From contig NW_005201287.1 in NCBI RefSeq assembly GCF_000372725.1, positions 1,147,081 through 1,180,512 on the forward strand: 33,432 nucleotides of DNA, read 5' to 3'. Made by a program: the position numbers and the translations under genes. Origin of the DNA: Emiliania huxleyi CCMP1516. Its lineage: Eukaryota. The notes beneath the pieces are model-generated. The model was not told the origin of the DNA, did no database searches, and saw nothing but the letters and a program-made list of their open reading frames with translations. Below, piece after piece: positions 10,562 to 20,827 of this stretch (its first letter is position 1; each line of letters opens with the position of its first letter).

Positions 10562-10774
10562 TCATAACAGCTGTTATGAGGTTGTTATGCTGGCTGTCAT
10601 AAATAACCAACCAGTGGGAGGTGTTATCCTATGTCTTATGAGTGCTGTGTATGAGGTGTTATGAGGCGTTATGAACAGCCTACAGCCATAACAGCGATGG
10701 AGGTGTTATGAGGTGTTATGAGGTGTTATGGGGTGTTATGAGCAGCCAGCCATAACAGCCATAACACCTGTTAT
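10562..10774. repeat. Array of GTTAT(G)/(C)ATAAC motifs in both orientations
   Basis: Many GGTGTTATGA, CATAACAG and CATAACAC units, sharing the core of the 10094-10220 hairpin. Confidence 0.8.
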
Positions 10775-10938
10775 CCCCTCCCACCCAACCTTACTTGTTT
10801 GTTTTTGTTGCTTGGGAGAGAGATTTTTAGCAATATCAAACAACTCTAACACTCACACGTAATTTGGGGCCTGGAGCCCTGTTCACGCGCGCGCGAGACG
10901 TGCAGACAGGGTTGCCAGGTGAGAGCGAATGGCGCGGT

Positions 10939-11322
10939 TCACGCCTCGCACAACAGAGAGAGAGATGCGCTCTGCATGGTGGGACATAAAAGAGAGCGAG
11001 TACTTGGTTGTGTTTGTGCTTGGGTGGGTGGGGTCAACTTGTAGACTCCTTTTCCGCCCTTCCGCGCGGCCGCCGCCCCGGCCGCGCCGGCCGCCAGCAC
11101 GATGTGAAAGCTGTCACCACACCATGCACGAGCCCCCACCCTAAATGGGCGCGCGGTGGGGCATTCAAAGAAGTAGTAAACTCTCGCCGTCTTGAGGCCA
11201 TTGAGCTCGCTGATGAAATCCTCCGCCGAGTTGATTGGGTGGAGCTCCTGCGCGAAGGCAGTTGCGCCATCCTTGATGTGTTCGAGCTCGTGGAGACCGA
11301 GATCGTCGAGCCAGCTCGCCAT
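10939..11322 (-). CDS. Small hypothetical protein or fragment, probably repeat-associated
   Basis: ATG at 11322: MASWLDDLGLHELEHIKDGATAFAQELHPINSAEDFISELNGLKTARVYYFFECP...; the WLDDLGL start resembles SAM-domain starts, the remainder is unrecognised. Confidence 0.35.
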   Translation of the reverse strand: MASWLDDLGLHELEHIKDGATAFAQELHPINSAEDFISELNGLKTARVYYFFECPTARPFRVGARAWCGDSFHIVLAAGAAGAAAARKGGKGVYKLTPPTQAQTQPSTRSLLCPTMQSASLSLLCEA

Positions 11323-11544
11323 CGGGGACCGAAAAAGCAGATCCCAGAATAACAGATCGCGTGACGCGCAATGTTCTTTCTCTCTGTGATTTCGTGCTCG
11401 ATACCCCCGGGAGATCCCAGAAAAAACAGAGCGCACCGCAGAAACCGACCGACCCCTGGGTTTTCGGCTATGCGAAACCGCAATGGGAAACCGGAGCAGA
11501 AACCCTATGGGAAACCGAGGTCTGGTATCTGCTTTGTGCACGAA

Positions 11545-11628
11545 TGGTTTAACCTCACACCCATGGTCTCACAGTGTGCCGGCAGTCGCCGAGCAGTGTC
11601 GCTCACATACAAGCCGCAGCCCCACAAG
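11545..11628 (+). repeat. ~85 bp direct repeat, copy 2
   Basis: Matches 9818-9906 with a few indels. Confidence 0.9.
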
Positions 11629-11932
11629 AAGGCTATGCGTAAGCTCCAACCACAAAAGTCCCCGCCGGCCACCGCCGGAGGGGCCGCCGAGCGCGCCCCA
11701 CCGGCGCGCGCTCACGAGGCGCTTGCACGCGCAACCCCGCCCGACGCCAATGCGTCCCCGCGCGCCGCGCCATGCGCCCACGGCACGCGCCCCCCGTCGG
11801 ACGAGCCAGCCACAGACAAGGCCGGCAGGCTTCCGGTCACGAGCCCGCCCCTTCCGTCACCTCCGCCGCCCTCACCTCCTCCCCCCTCGCCGCCCCCCTC
11901 GCCGCCGCCTCCGTCGCCGCTGCCGCCGAGCC

Positions 11933-12950
11933 CTAGGTCATCTCGAGCTTGACGCCCGTGCCGGCGCTGGAGGCGGCGGCGAGCTGCCCGGGCGCGCGCG
12001 GAGCGGCCACCTCGAGCTTGATGCCCGTGCCGGCGCTGGAGCCGGCGCCGGGCTGCACGGGCGCGCGCGGAGCGGCCATCTCGAGCTTGACGCCCGTGCC
12101 GGCGCTGGAGCCGGCGCCGGGCTGCCCGGGCGCGCGCGGAGCGGCCACCTCGAGCTTGACTCCCGTGCCGGCGCTGGAGGCGGGAGTCGTGCGCGCATGC
12201 TGCCGCCGCGTTCGATCCACCGCCCGCCTCGCCGCCGCCTGGGCCAGCTCCTTCGCCGCCGCGCGCGCCTCGGCCAACTTCCCTGAAGGTCTGCGCTGCC
12301 GCTTCCCAGAGGGCTCGCCCTCCGCCGCCGCCCACTCCTCGAAGCCCGCCCGCTTGAGGACGTCCTTTGTCGCCGGGCCGCCGCTCTCCTCCGCCTCCGC
12401 CTCCGCCACCGCCCGCGCGTACGCCACCGCCGCCTCCACCGCCGTGGCGAAGCCGGTGCCGAGGCAGACAGCCAGGCCGTCCACCCTGCGCTGCGCCATG
12501 AAGCGGCCACCGCTGGTGTACACGCCCCTGTAGCCGGTGCTGCTGCTGCTGGAGAGGTGCAGCGGCAGCCCCTCCGCCTCTGTCGCCACCGCCGGAGGGG
12601 CGGGCGGGGCGTGCGGGGCGGGAGGGGCGGGAAGCTGGTGCCGGCCGACCGCCCGCGCGTACGCCACCGCCGCCTCCACCGCCGTGGCGAAGCCGGCGCC
12701 GACGTGGCGGATCCTTCCGTCCACCCTGTACTGCGCTTGGAAGCGGCCATCGCGGGGCCACACGCCCCTGTAGCCGGTGCTGCTGCTGCTCGAGAGGTGC
12801 AGCGGCAGCCCCTCCGCCTCTGTCGCCACCGCCGGAGGGGCGGGCGGGGCGGGCAGGGCGGGCGGGGCGGGGGGCTGGTGCCCGCCGACCCCACGCGCGT
12901 ACGCCACCGCCGCCTCCACCGTCGTGGCCAAGGAGCCGATGGTGACCGGA
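11933..12950 (-). pseudogene. AP2/ERF-like DNA-binding repeat gene (2 full plus 1 partial domain), apparently 5'-truncated
   Basis: 240 bp-period units EAEGLPLHLSSSSSTGYRGV...GRFQAQYRVDG...GFATAVEAAVAYARAV (AP2-like YRGV..GRF.A..F.TA.EAA.AY). No in-frame ATG between the upstream TGA (~13008) and the first partial domain. Confidence 0.7.
11942..12180. repeat. 69 bp coding minisatellite, 3.5 copies
   Basis: CTCGAGCTTGA.. at 11942, 12011, 12080 and 12149; encodes SSAGTGVKLEVAAPRAPGQPGAG on the minus strand. Confidence 0.9.
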
Positions 12951-13132
12951 AGCGGGAAGAAGCGGGCCAGCGTAGCAATAAAGAAATACGTGTGCCGTGT
13001 CAGGAGTCACGCTGTGTCCCTGATCGTCCTTACAAGATCCTGCTCGTGCAGGTGGGGACCCTGTCCTTCTCCCACCCCTCGTTTGGCGTGTCCGTTGTAT
13101 TTATTTATTTATCACGCTCGACGCCGGCGCGC

Positions 13133-13435
13133 ATGGTCCAGACGCTCGCCGACTTTGTTGGCAATCTCGGCAACATCGAGGAGGTGAACTGGGACTCGCG
13201 CCGCAGCCGCACACTTGTCAGATCAGCATCGGCGCCCATGCTATCGAGCACCGAATGCGAGTACCACGGGGACTCTCACTCGGACTGCCTCTCCATCTCC
13301 TCCCTCCTTGCTCGAAGCGTCGACTCGCACTCGGCGCCGCCAACTCGATCGCCCTCAGCCATCGAGCGCAGGCGCTCCCTTCGTCGCTTGCGAGCAGCCA
13401 AGCCCAAGGCAACGCCATATGCGGCGGAACTTTTA

Positions 13436-13468
<33 letters not shown>

Positions 13469-13477
13469 GGTTTGTAG
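13133..13477 (+). CDS. Hypothetical Ser-rich small protein
   Basis: MVQTLADFVGNLGNIEEVNWDSRR... follows an AT-rich ATTTATTTATTTAT tract and ends in a (CT)n microsatellite; no family recognised. Confidence 0.3.
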
Positions 13478-13745
13478 GGTGTGGCCACCTCGTGACCTCG
13501 AACCCCAAGCAGCCTGGGCATCGAGTGGGAGGGAGAAGAAGTGGAGGGTGAGGGTGCCCGGTTCATCCATTCCTCGGGCCCCGGTACTCTCATTACGTCA
13601 TTACATGCACAAACTGATCACATCACAACGCGGCCAAAGGATATCCACCTCGAGAACCTCGAGACAAGGTAATCGAGTATCCGCGTCTTTTTTGGCACAA
13701 GTGCATCGCGCTCGTGGGTTTGCAGTTTGCAGCGGCATCCGAGCG

Positions 13746-16700
13746 ATGGACGCGCCCTCCGAAGAGGTGACGGTCGGGTCCGCGGTCAAGGCCCGCTTCG
13801 GCGCGACCGAGCACGGGGCCGTCGGCACACGCTGGTTCGACGGAGTCGTGACGCGCGACAACGGTGACGGCAGTTTTGCGATCGAGTACGCCGACGGAGA
13901 CGTTGAGGAGCGGGTGGAGCGCAAGTACATCAAGCCCTCGTGCGGTGGTGCCGACTCGTCCGCCGCTGCCGCCGCGGAGGCGGATCAGCCTGCGCGCCCA
14001 AAGTCAAGCTCCTCTCAGGGATCCGCCACCGGCGACTCGTCCGACGGCGCGGCGGCAGGGCAGGAGGGGCGGGGCCGGCGGATGCTCAAGCCCACGACGG
14101 TGATGGTGGGCGGGTTCGCCGTCAAGCGCCAGAACATGTACGACATGGAGGAGGGCGAGGGGTCCGTGTGGGACCGCGAGCTGGGCGAGGGAGCCTCCGA
14201 CCCCGCGTTTGCCGCCCGGCAGCGGCCGGCGCAGCAGGCGGCGCCGGCGAAGAAGAAGGCGCCGCCGGCGAAGAAGCCGCGCGTGGCGAGCGCCGAGGAG
14301 GCGGTGCGGGCGAGGCGGCGGCAAGAGTTCAAGGCGGCGGAGGCGGCCGCGGTGAAGAAGCGTGTCGCCTACTTGGCGCCGCACGCAGAGGTGCTCAGCC
14401 TGTTTGGCTGCAAGCTGCCAAAGCAGGGCGGCGCGGAGGCGGTGCCGCTGGACGAGTCGCTCGGCCAGCCGAGCCAGGTCGGGCCGGTGGTGATGCGCGA
14501 CTACCAGCTGCACGGGCTGCGCTGGCTGTCGATGTGCCACCACAACGGGCTCAACGGCAGCCTCGCAACAAGGCAGGGCGCGCCGCTGTCGACGCGCGCC
14601 CTTTTACACGCCGCCGTTGTGAACAGGCATCCTCGCCGACGAGATGGGGCTGGGCAAGACGCTGCAGACGATCGCCTTCCTCGCGCACCTCAAGTTCGAC
14701 CTCGGCGTGGGCGGGCCCCACCTCGTCGTCGCGCCCCTCTCGGTGCTCTCCTCCTGGATGACCGAGCTCAAGCGCTTCTGCCCCGGCCTCGCGTCGGTCA
14801 AGCTGCACTCGTCCGACCCCGAGGAGCGGAAGCGGCTGATGGCGACCATCTCGGCCAACCCCGAGGCGTACGACGTCGTCGTCACCACCTTCGAGATGGC
14901 GAAGAGCCCGAACGTGCACACGCAGCTCGCGAGCCGCGCCTGGTGGCGCTACCTGATCGTCGACGAGGGGCACGCTCTCAAGAACGACGCCTCGCAGGTC
15001 TCGCAGGCGCTCCGCTCCTTCCACGCGGCGCACAAGCTGCTGCTCACCGGCACGCCCCTCCAAAACAACCTGCACGAGCTCTGGGCGCTGCTCCACTTCC
15101 TGTACGAGCAAGAGTTCCCCACGTCGACCGCCTTTGACTCTGCCTTCAACCTCAACGGCAAGGTGGGGAGCGTCGACAACGAGCGGCTCGCGGCGGCGTC
15201 GCGGCTGCTGCAGCCGCTCATGCTGCGCCGCACCAAGGGCGAGGTGGAGAAGAAGTTGCCGCCCAAGCTCGAGACGACGATCCACTGCCCGCTCTCCGAG
15301 ATGCAGCTCTTCTGGTACAAGCGGCTGCTGCTGCGCGAGTCGGCGCCGCCGCGCGGCCGCTCGGGCCGGACACCTGCGGCGGATCCCAACCCGCGACCTC
15401 GGGGCCCTCCCCGTAGGCGCTGCTGCGCGACCTCGAGTCGGAGCACGCGGAGCACGCCGCCGGCACGGGCACCGACTGGAAGAAGCTCTCCAGCCTACTG
15501 ATGCAGCTGCGCAAGTGCTGCAACCACCCTTTCCTCTTCCCGAACGTCGAGCCGTCTGGCGACGAGGCCTACTCCACGCAGCTGGTCGACGGGTCGGGCA
15601 AGTTCCAGATCCTGCAGCGGCTGCTCGCCAAGCTCTTCGCCGCCGGCCACCGCGTCGTCCTCTTCTCGCAGTTCACCTCGACGCTCGACCTGCTCGAGGA
15701 CTTTCTGACGCACGAGGGCTACAAGTACGGCCGGCTCGACGGCTCGACCAACCGCGTGCAGCGGACCGTGGACATCAACGCCTTCAACATGCCCGGCTCG
15801 TCGCGCTTCGTCTTCCTCATGTCGACCCGCGCGGGCGGCCTCGGCATCAACTGCCAGACCGCCGACACGTGCATCCTCTTCGACAGCGACTGGAACCCGC
15901 AGGTCGACCTGCAGGCGATGGCGCGCGTGCACCGCATCGGCCAGACAAAGACGGTCCTCCTCTACCGGCTCGTCTCGCCGGGTGTGAATAGCGTCTCTTC
16001 ACACCTGCTGCTGTGAACAGGTCCACCTCTACCGGCTCGTCTCGCCGGGCACCGTCGAGGAGCGGATCGTGCAGCGGGCCGAGAAGAAGCTCTACCTCGA
16101 CCAGATGGTCAACCGCGGCTCCTCGTCGCAGGCCGAGGCGATGGAGCAGGTCTCGACCTCGGAGATGCTCTCGATGCTCAAGTTCGGCGCGCAGTGCTGC
16201 TTCGCGTCCTCCGAGCCGCCCACCGACGACCAGCTGGACGCGATCATCGACCGCTCGCGCAAGGAGGGGGACCGCCTCGGCGGCGCCATGACGGGCGTGC
16301 AGCGGTCGGCCGACTCGTTCGACGCTTCTGCGAGCGAGCTCAACCTGCGCCAGCTGGGCGGGGTCACGTACGGGCAGGGGTCGGAGCACGCGGGGCCGGC
16401 GGCGGTGCGCGACCTCGAGGCCGTCCTCGGCTCGGCGAACGGCGGCTCGGGCGACATCAACGCCGAGTGGGAGGCGCTGCAGGCGGGCAAGAAGCGCGAG
16501 AAGAAGGGGCGGTTCGAGACGCAGTGGGTCAAGGGGGTGGGCGAGGTCGCCGTTCTGCGAGAGAACAACTACACGATGGGCGAGGAGATGCCGAACCAGG
16601 CGGCGGGCCGCGGCCGGCCGAGCGCCTTCAACCGGCCGACCGGGCGGCAGGTCGCGGGGCGCGATTTCCTGCACGAGGAGCGCTGCCTCGTCTGCTGGAA

Positions 16701-18318
16701 GGGGCCCCTGGGCGGCGGCAAGCGGGCAAAGGTGTGCAAGGAGGCAAAGGGCGGCAAGGAGGCGAGCTCCTCGAAGGACGCGGGCGGCGGCTCGCAGCGC
16801 AAGCTCGGCCTCCACGGCGAGCTCCGCGGGTGCGACTTGTGCCCCGCCGCCTTCCACCTGCGCTGCATAGGCATGGCGGAGGAGGACGCGACGGCGTGGG
16901 GCATCTGGGCTTGCCCGCACCACTCGTGCTCCACGTGTGGGCGCAAGGCGGCCGCGGCGGGCGGCCTCCTCTTCCGCTGCGCCGTCTGCCCGCAGGCCTT
17001 CTGCGAGGACCACCTGCCGGCCGAGGCGCTCATCATGGGCGAGAACGAGCGCTTCCAGGCCCTCGGCGCGGCGCACCCGAAGCAGGGCTGCTATCTCCTG
17101 TGCAAGACGGCGTGCGTGAAAAAGTCGGACAAGCTCGGCTTTGGCTGCGGCGAGGCGTCGGCCTCGGCGGCCGCGATTCTTGGCGCGACGGGCGTCGACA
17201 CCACCTCCTCCAGCGGCGGCAAGCGCAAGGCGGCGGCGCAGCCAGCCTACAAGCGCGACGAGCGGACGGCGTGGGAGAAGCTGCAGCCCGGCGCCACGAA
17301 GGCGCTCGCCTACCTGCTGCGCCAGCCCGCCGCCAAGCTGGGCGCCACGGCGACGGCCGGCTTCCGGGCGCGCGCGCAGGACGCAAACAACCTGACCACG
17401 GTGGAGCTGCTGCACGACCTCCTCTTCGACTCGGAGCTCACGGCGGGCGCCAAGAGCAAGGCGGACCGCCTCGCCGGCCTCGCGCCCCTCGTCGAGCGGC
17501 TCGCCTCGTGGGGCGGCGCGGACCGCGAGAAGGGGCAGGCGGAGGCGCGCGACGAGGCGGCGGAGACCTACATGCGCCTCGTCACCACGCTCGAGGGGCT
17601 GCGCACCTACCAGCTCCAGGCTCTCGCGGCGCTGATCGGAGCGCAGCGCCTCTCCTCCCAAAAGGGGGGCGAGGGGGCCCTGCCCTCCCTCCGCCTCACG
17701 CCGGTGGGCGTGGGGCTGCAGCCGAAGTTCCTCGCCTCGGTCATGGCCCTCTTCCTCTCCACGCCGCACGAGTACGCCCTCATCCTCGACCAGCGCGCCG
17801 GCGCGTCGGACAAGTCGTCCACGGAGCTGCGCGCCTCGGGCGACCCGGGCTTCCTCGTCAACACCATCGGCTCGGCGCCCCTCTACTCGCGCGGCAAGAA
17901 GATGGTTGTCCGCGGGGGGCAGCTCGTCCAGCCCAAGCCCCCGCCGCTCCCGTCGCAGCCGCAGTACCGGCCCATCGTGCAGCCCAAGCCGCCGGCCGCG
18001 TCGAGCTCCTCCGCCGCCGACCAGGTCGACGCCCAGCTCGCCCGGGCTCGCGCGGCAGCCCTCGGCGGCGCGGCGGCGCCGGTCTCGCAGACGGAGGTGG
18101 AGCGGATGGCCGTCGGCCTCCCTCCCGGCTGGAGCGTCAAAGTCTCCAAGTCGACGGGCAAGGCGTACTACGTCTCGCCGTCGAATCAGGCGACGTGGAG
18201 CCGGCCCCTGCCGGAGCAGTCGCCGGAGGCGCCGGCGGCGCCGGCGGCGGCAGTAGCGCCGGCGGCAGCGGCGGCGCCGCCGCCGGCAGCGCCAGCGGCT
18301 GGAGCGCCCACAGCGTGA
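13746..18318 (+). CDS. SNF2-family (ISWI/CHD-type) chromatin remodeller: Tudor-like + SNF2_N + HelicaseC + PHD-type zinc fingers + WW; introns 14557-14626, 15343-15416, 15954-16020
   Basis: MRDYQLHGLRWL; spliced NGILADEMGLGKT; DEGH; LLTGTPLQNN; MQLRKCCNHP; STRAGGLGIN; DSDWNPQVDLQAMARVHRIGQ; CLVC..CDLCPAAFHLRC..WACPHHSCSTC..FRCAVCPQAFCEDH; LPPGWSVKVSKSTGKAYYV..ATWSRP; N-terminal WFDGVVTRDNGDGSFAIEYADGDVE. Confidence 0.93.
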
Positions 18319-18878
18319 GGCGCGTATGGCGAGGAGTGGGCCAATGTGGTTCGCGAACCTGGAGGCCGGAGGCAGCAGGCGCAGAGGGCCGCCGCGCGAT
18401 GCGGTGATCCCACCCGCGCAGTACTCGAAACGCAGCGCGTGTGCGCGCGCGTGTTGCGTTGTGTATGGGGGCGCACGACGCGGGTCGAGATCCCGGGGGG
18501 TCATGGATGGGGGAGGGGGAGAGGGGGGGGGGGGAGGAGGTTGGCTCCACGGTACCGTACCGACCGGAGCGATCGCGCAAAAAAGTGTATTTGAGGGGAC
18601 GCTATACTAACGGGGTGTGGAGGGTGATACTGAGTTGACCAGCGGGGTCGTTTTTTTTTTGTGCGGGGGCCCCGAGCGTTTTTGATCTCTGGGTGCGAGT
18701 GCGAGTGGGGGGCCGAGGTGCATGGTGCATGACGACATCATGACCCCAGTGTGCAGCACCCCAGCAGCGCACGTGTGAGCGTCCCCGTGACGCGTGAGGT
18801 CGTCTGTGGTCTGAGGTGAGCGAGACGGCCTCGGCGGTGGCGGGCGTGGGGGGCCTAGAACGTAGAACCAAGTGAGTC

Positions 18879-19780
18879 CTCTGGGGGGAGGCGGGGGGCC
18901 TAGGGGGTACCCGTGCGGGGGGGAGATGGGGTCCCCCAGCCCGCCGCACGGAGGCGCCGATTTTTTTTGCGCGATTTTTCACTTGTTCATGGGAATTCGC
19001 GGTACTTGCGGCCATGCTATCACGCCTTGCGACAGCCTGTCGGCGCTGCTGACCGTGCCCTGCTGCACAATTGACCGCCTGCATAGCTCACGGCCTTAGT
19101 ATCCAGCATTCAGTGACGACCTGATCGTACGGCCAGTAGGAAGGTGTCCTTCCAGCTGCGTGCACGCTTGGCGCAATGCCCGTCACAAACTGCCTCGGAT
19201 TGGCTGCTGGCACTCTCGAGGCTATGCCTACACAGCCTCGCGCGCATGCGCAGTCAAGAGGGACCACGCACCTTCTCAGGACAGCACCGGCGCCTCTCTT
19301 GTGGACCGGCAAACTTGGTGGTCTAGTGTCACCAATGTGGGACCAATGCGGCATCGCGCCATCGACAGCTCTGAACTGCGCCTCACCACTGACCGGGAAG
19401 GCCGCCAAGTGGGCCAGCACCGGTCGCACATTGTGGCAGCAGTCACCAGTGCGTGTCTGATAGCTAGAGCAGCAGCATCAGGGTCGCAGGGTCGGATCGT
19501 GTCAAGCCTCTCGCCCGGCCGGCCGCGTGCAGACGTCGGCCTGTCTGCTGTTTGGAGTGATCTGTCGGCGGTCAGTACGACCGATCAGGTCGGAGTTTTC
19601 GGATGGTTGGAGGGTCTATCTGTATGTACTCCTCGAGATCTCTCCAAATCTGCCCTCTGTTAGACCGGGTTAGATCGGGAAGTTGGTGCTAGTAGAGACT
19701 AGTAGAGCCGGGGCCCCGTTTCCGCACTGCGGCGCGGCGCACGCGACGGTGCCTCCGGGGGCCCCCGCCTCCCCCCAGAG
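18879..19780. mobile_element. 902 bp non-autonomous TIR DNA transposon with 8 bp target-site duplication
   Basis: Perfect 19 bp terminal inverted repeats CTCTGGGGGGAGGCGGGGG (18879-18897; 19762-19780) flanked exactly by the direct repeat AGTGAGTC (18871-18878 and 19781-19788); no transposase ORF. Confidence 0.88.
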
Positions 19781-20187
19781 AGTGAGTCCGGACCGCTAGA
19801 GCCTAGTGTAGACCTAGAGTGTGAACCTAGGCTCCCGTTGGGTTACCTGTGTGCGTGCCAGAGCCCCCAGACTAACCAAAGAATTTAACAAAACAAAACT
19901 CTCTTACAGCAGACAGGCTCGATACAGGTGCGGACTGGCGCGTGCTAGCACTATCACAGGCAAACCACCGGAGCCGCCTAAAAGCGAGCCGACTCCGGTA
20001 AGCACGGCAAAATGCACTTAGCTCCGTGCACAATGCCGCCAAAGAAAGAAAGAAACAGAGAACCCCCCAGTCCCCCACAAGCGGGTGCACTTGCATTGGA
20101 GAGCACTTTATAGAGTGCAGTTGGAGCCTCACAACTCACATCTAACACATCCGATATGCGGCAGCGCATTTTCATTTTTCTTCCCAG

Positions 20188-20220
20188 TAGTGCCAGTGCG
20201 CGACCCGTGCCCAGTGTTGT
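20188..20220 (+). repeat. Dispersed TAGTGCCAGTGCGCG..CCCGTGCCCAGTG motif
   Basis: Related copies at ~25714-25752, ~25850-25880 and ~25933-25968. Confidence 0.65.
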
Positions 20221-20827
20221 CGTGTTCTTAGGGGACCCCTAGGGTTCTGAGGGCCGGATTTTTTTAAAGACCTTTTAAGAAATGAGGAGGTTTGGGGGCT
20301 CAAATTGTCATTTAAGCGATTGCAGGCACGGGGGGTCCCTCTTTTAAGACCGTTTAAGAAAATCGGCCTCATCCGCATGCGTCGCCGGGTTCCGCGCCGT
20401 TTTCTCCAATACTGCCGTTATTAGGCACAAACCCGCCTCTGAGCTCTGTGCTCTGAAGACACATCTGTAAGTCTGGTGCACTGGCAGGAGCCATACTCGC
20501 GTAGGGGACGCGTGCTAGCTGACTGGGCGCCATCGACAGCAGCAGCGCCGCACCGGCACCGGCGCTTGCACCACTCACACCAGAGAACCCCCAGTCGCTG
20601 CTGCCGGCGCGTGCGCCCCACGTTTTTGGCTCTAGCAGGCACGGACCCGGTGCCGGGAAGCAGGGACTCGCGATTGTGGCCGCTGCCTCCGCAGCAGGAC
20701 CAGCAGTGGCAGCATCCGTTCGGTCGCTGCAACCGCGACAGCTTCGCGGCGCCAGAAAAAGAATTCACAGCCAAGCAAAGAAGACCGCAAAACCTCCGTC
20801 GCAACCACGTGGCGCCCGACGCCAACG

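Noticed and set aside
15847..18504. 885 aa minus-strand ORF and many other long overlapping ORFs (e.g. 16194-18407, 27457-29229, 27687-29222)
   Set aside because: Arg/Ala/Pro-rich shadow frames of real genes, expected in very GC-rich DNA with few stop codons
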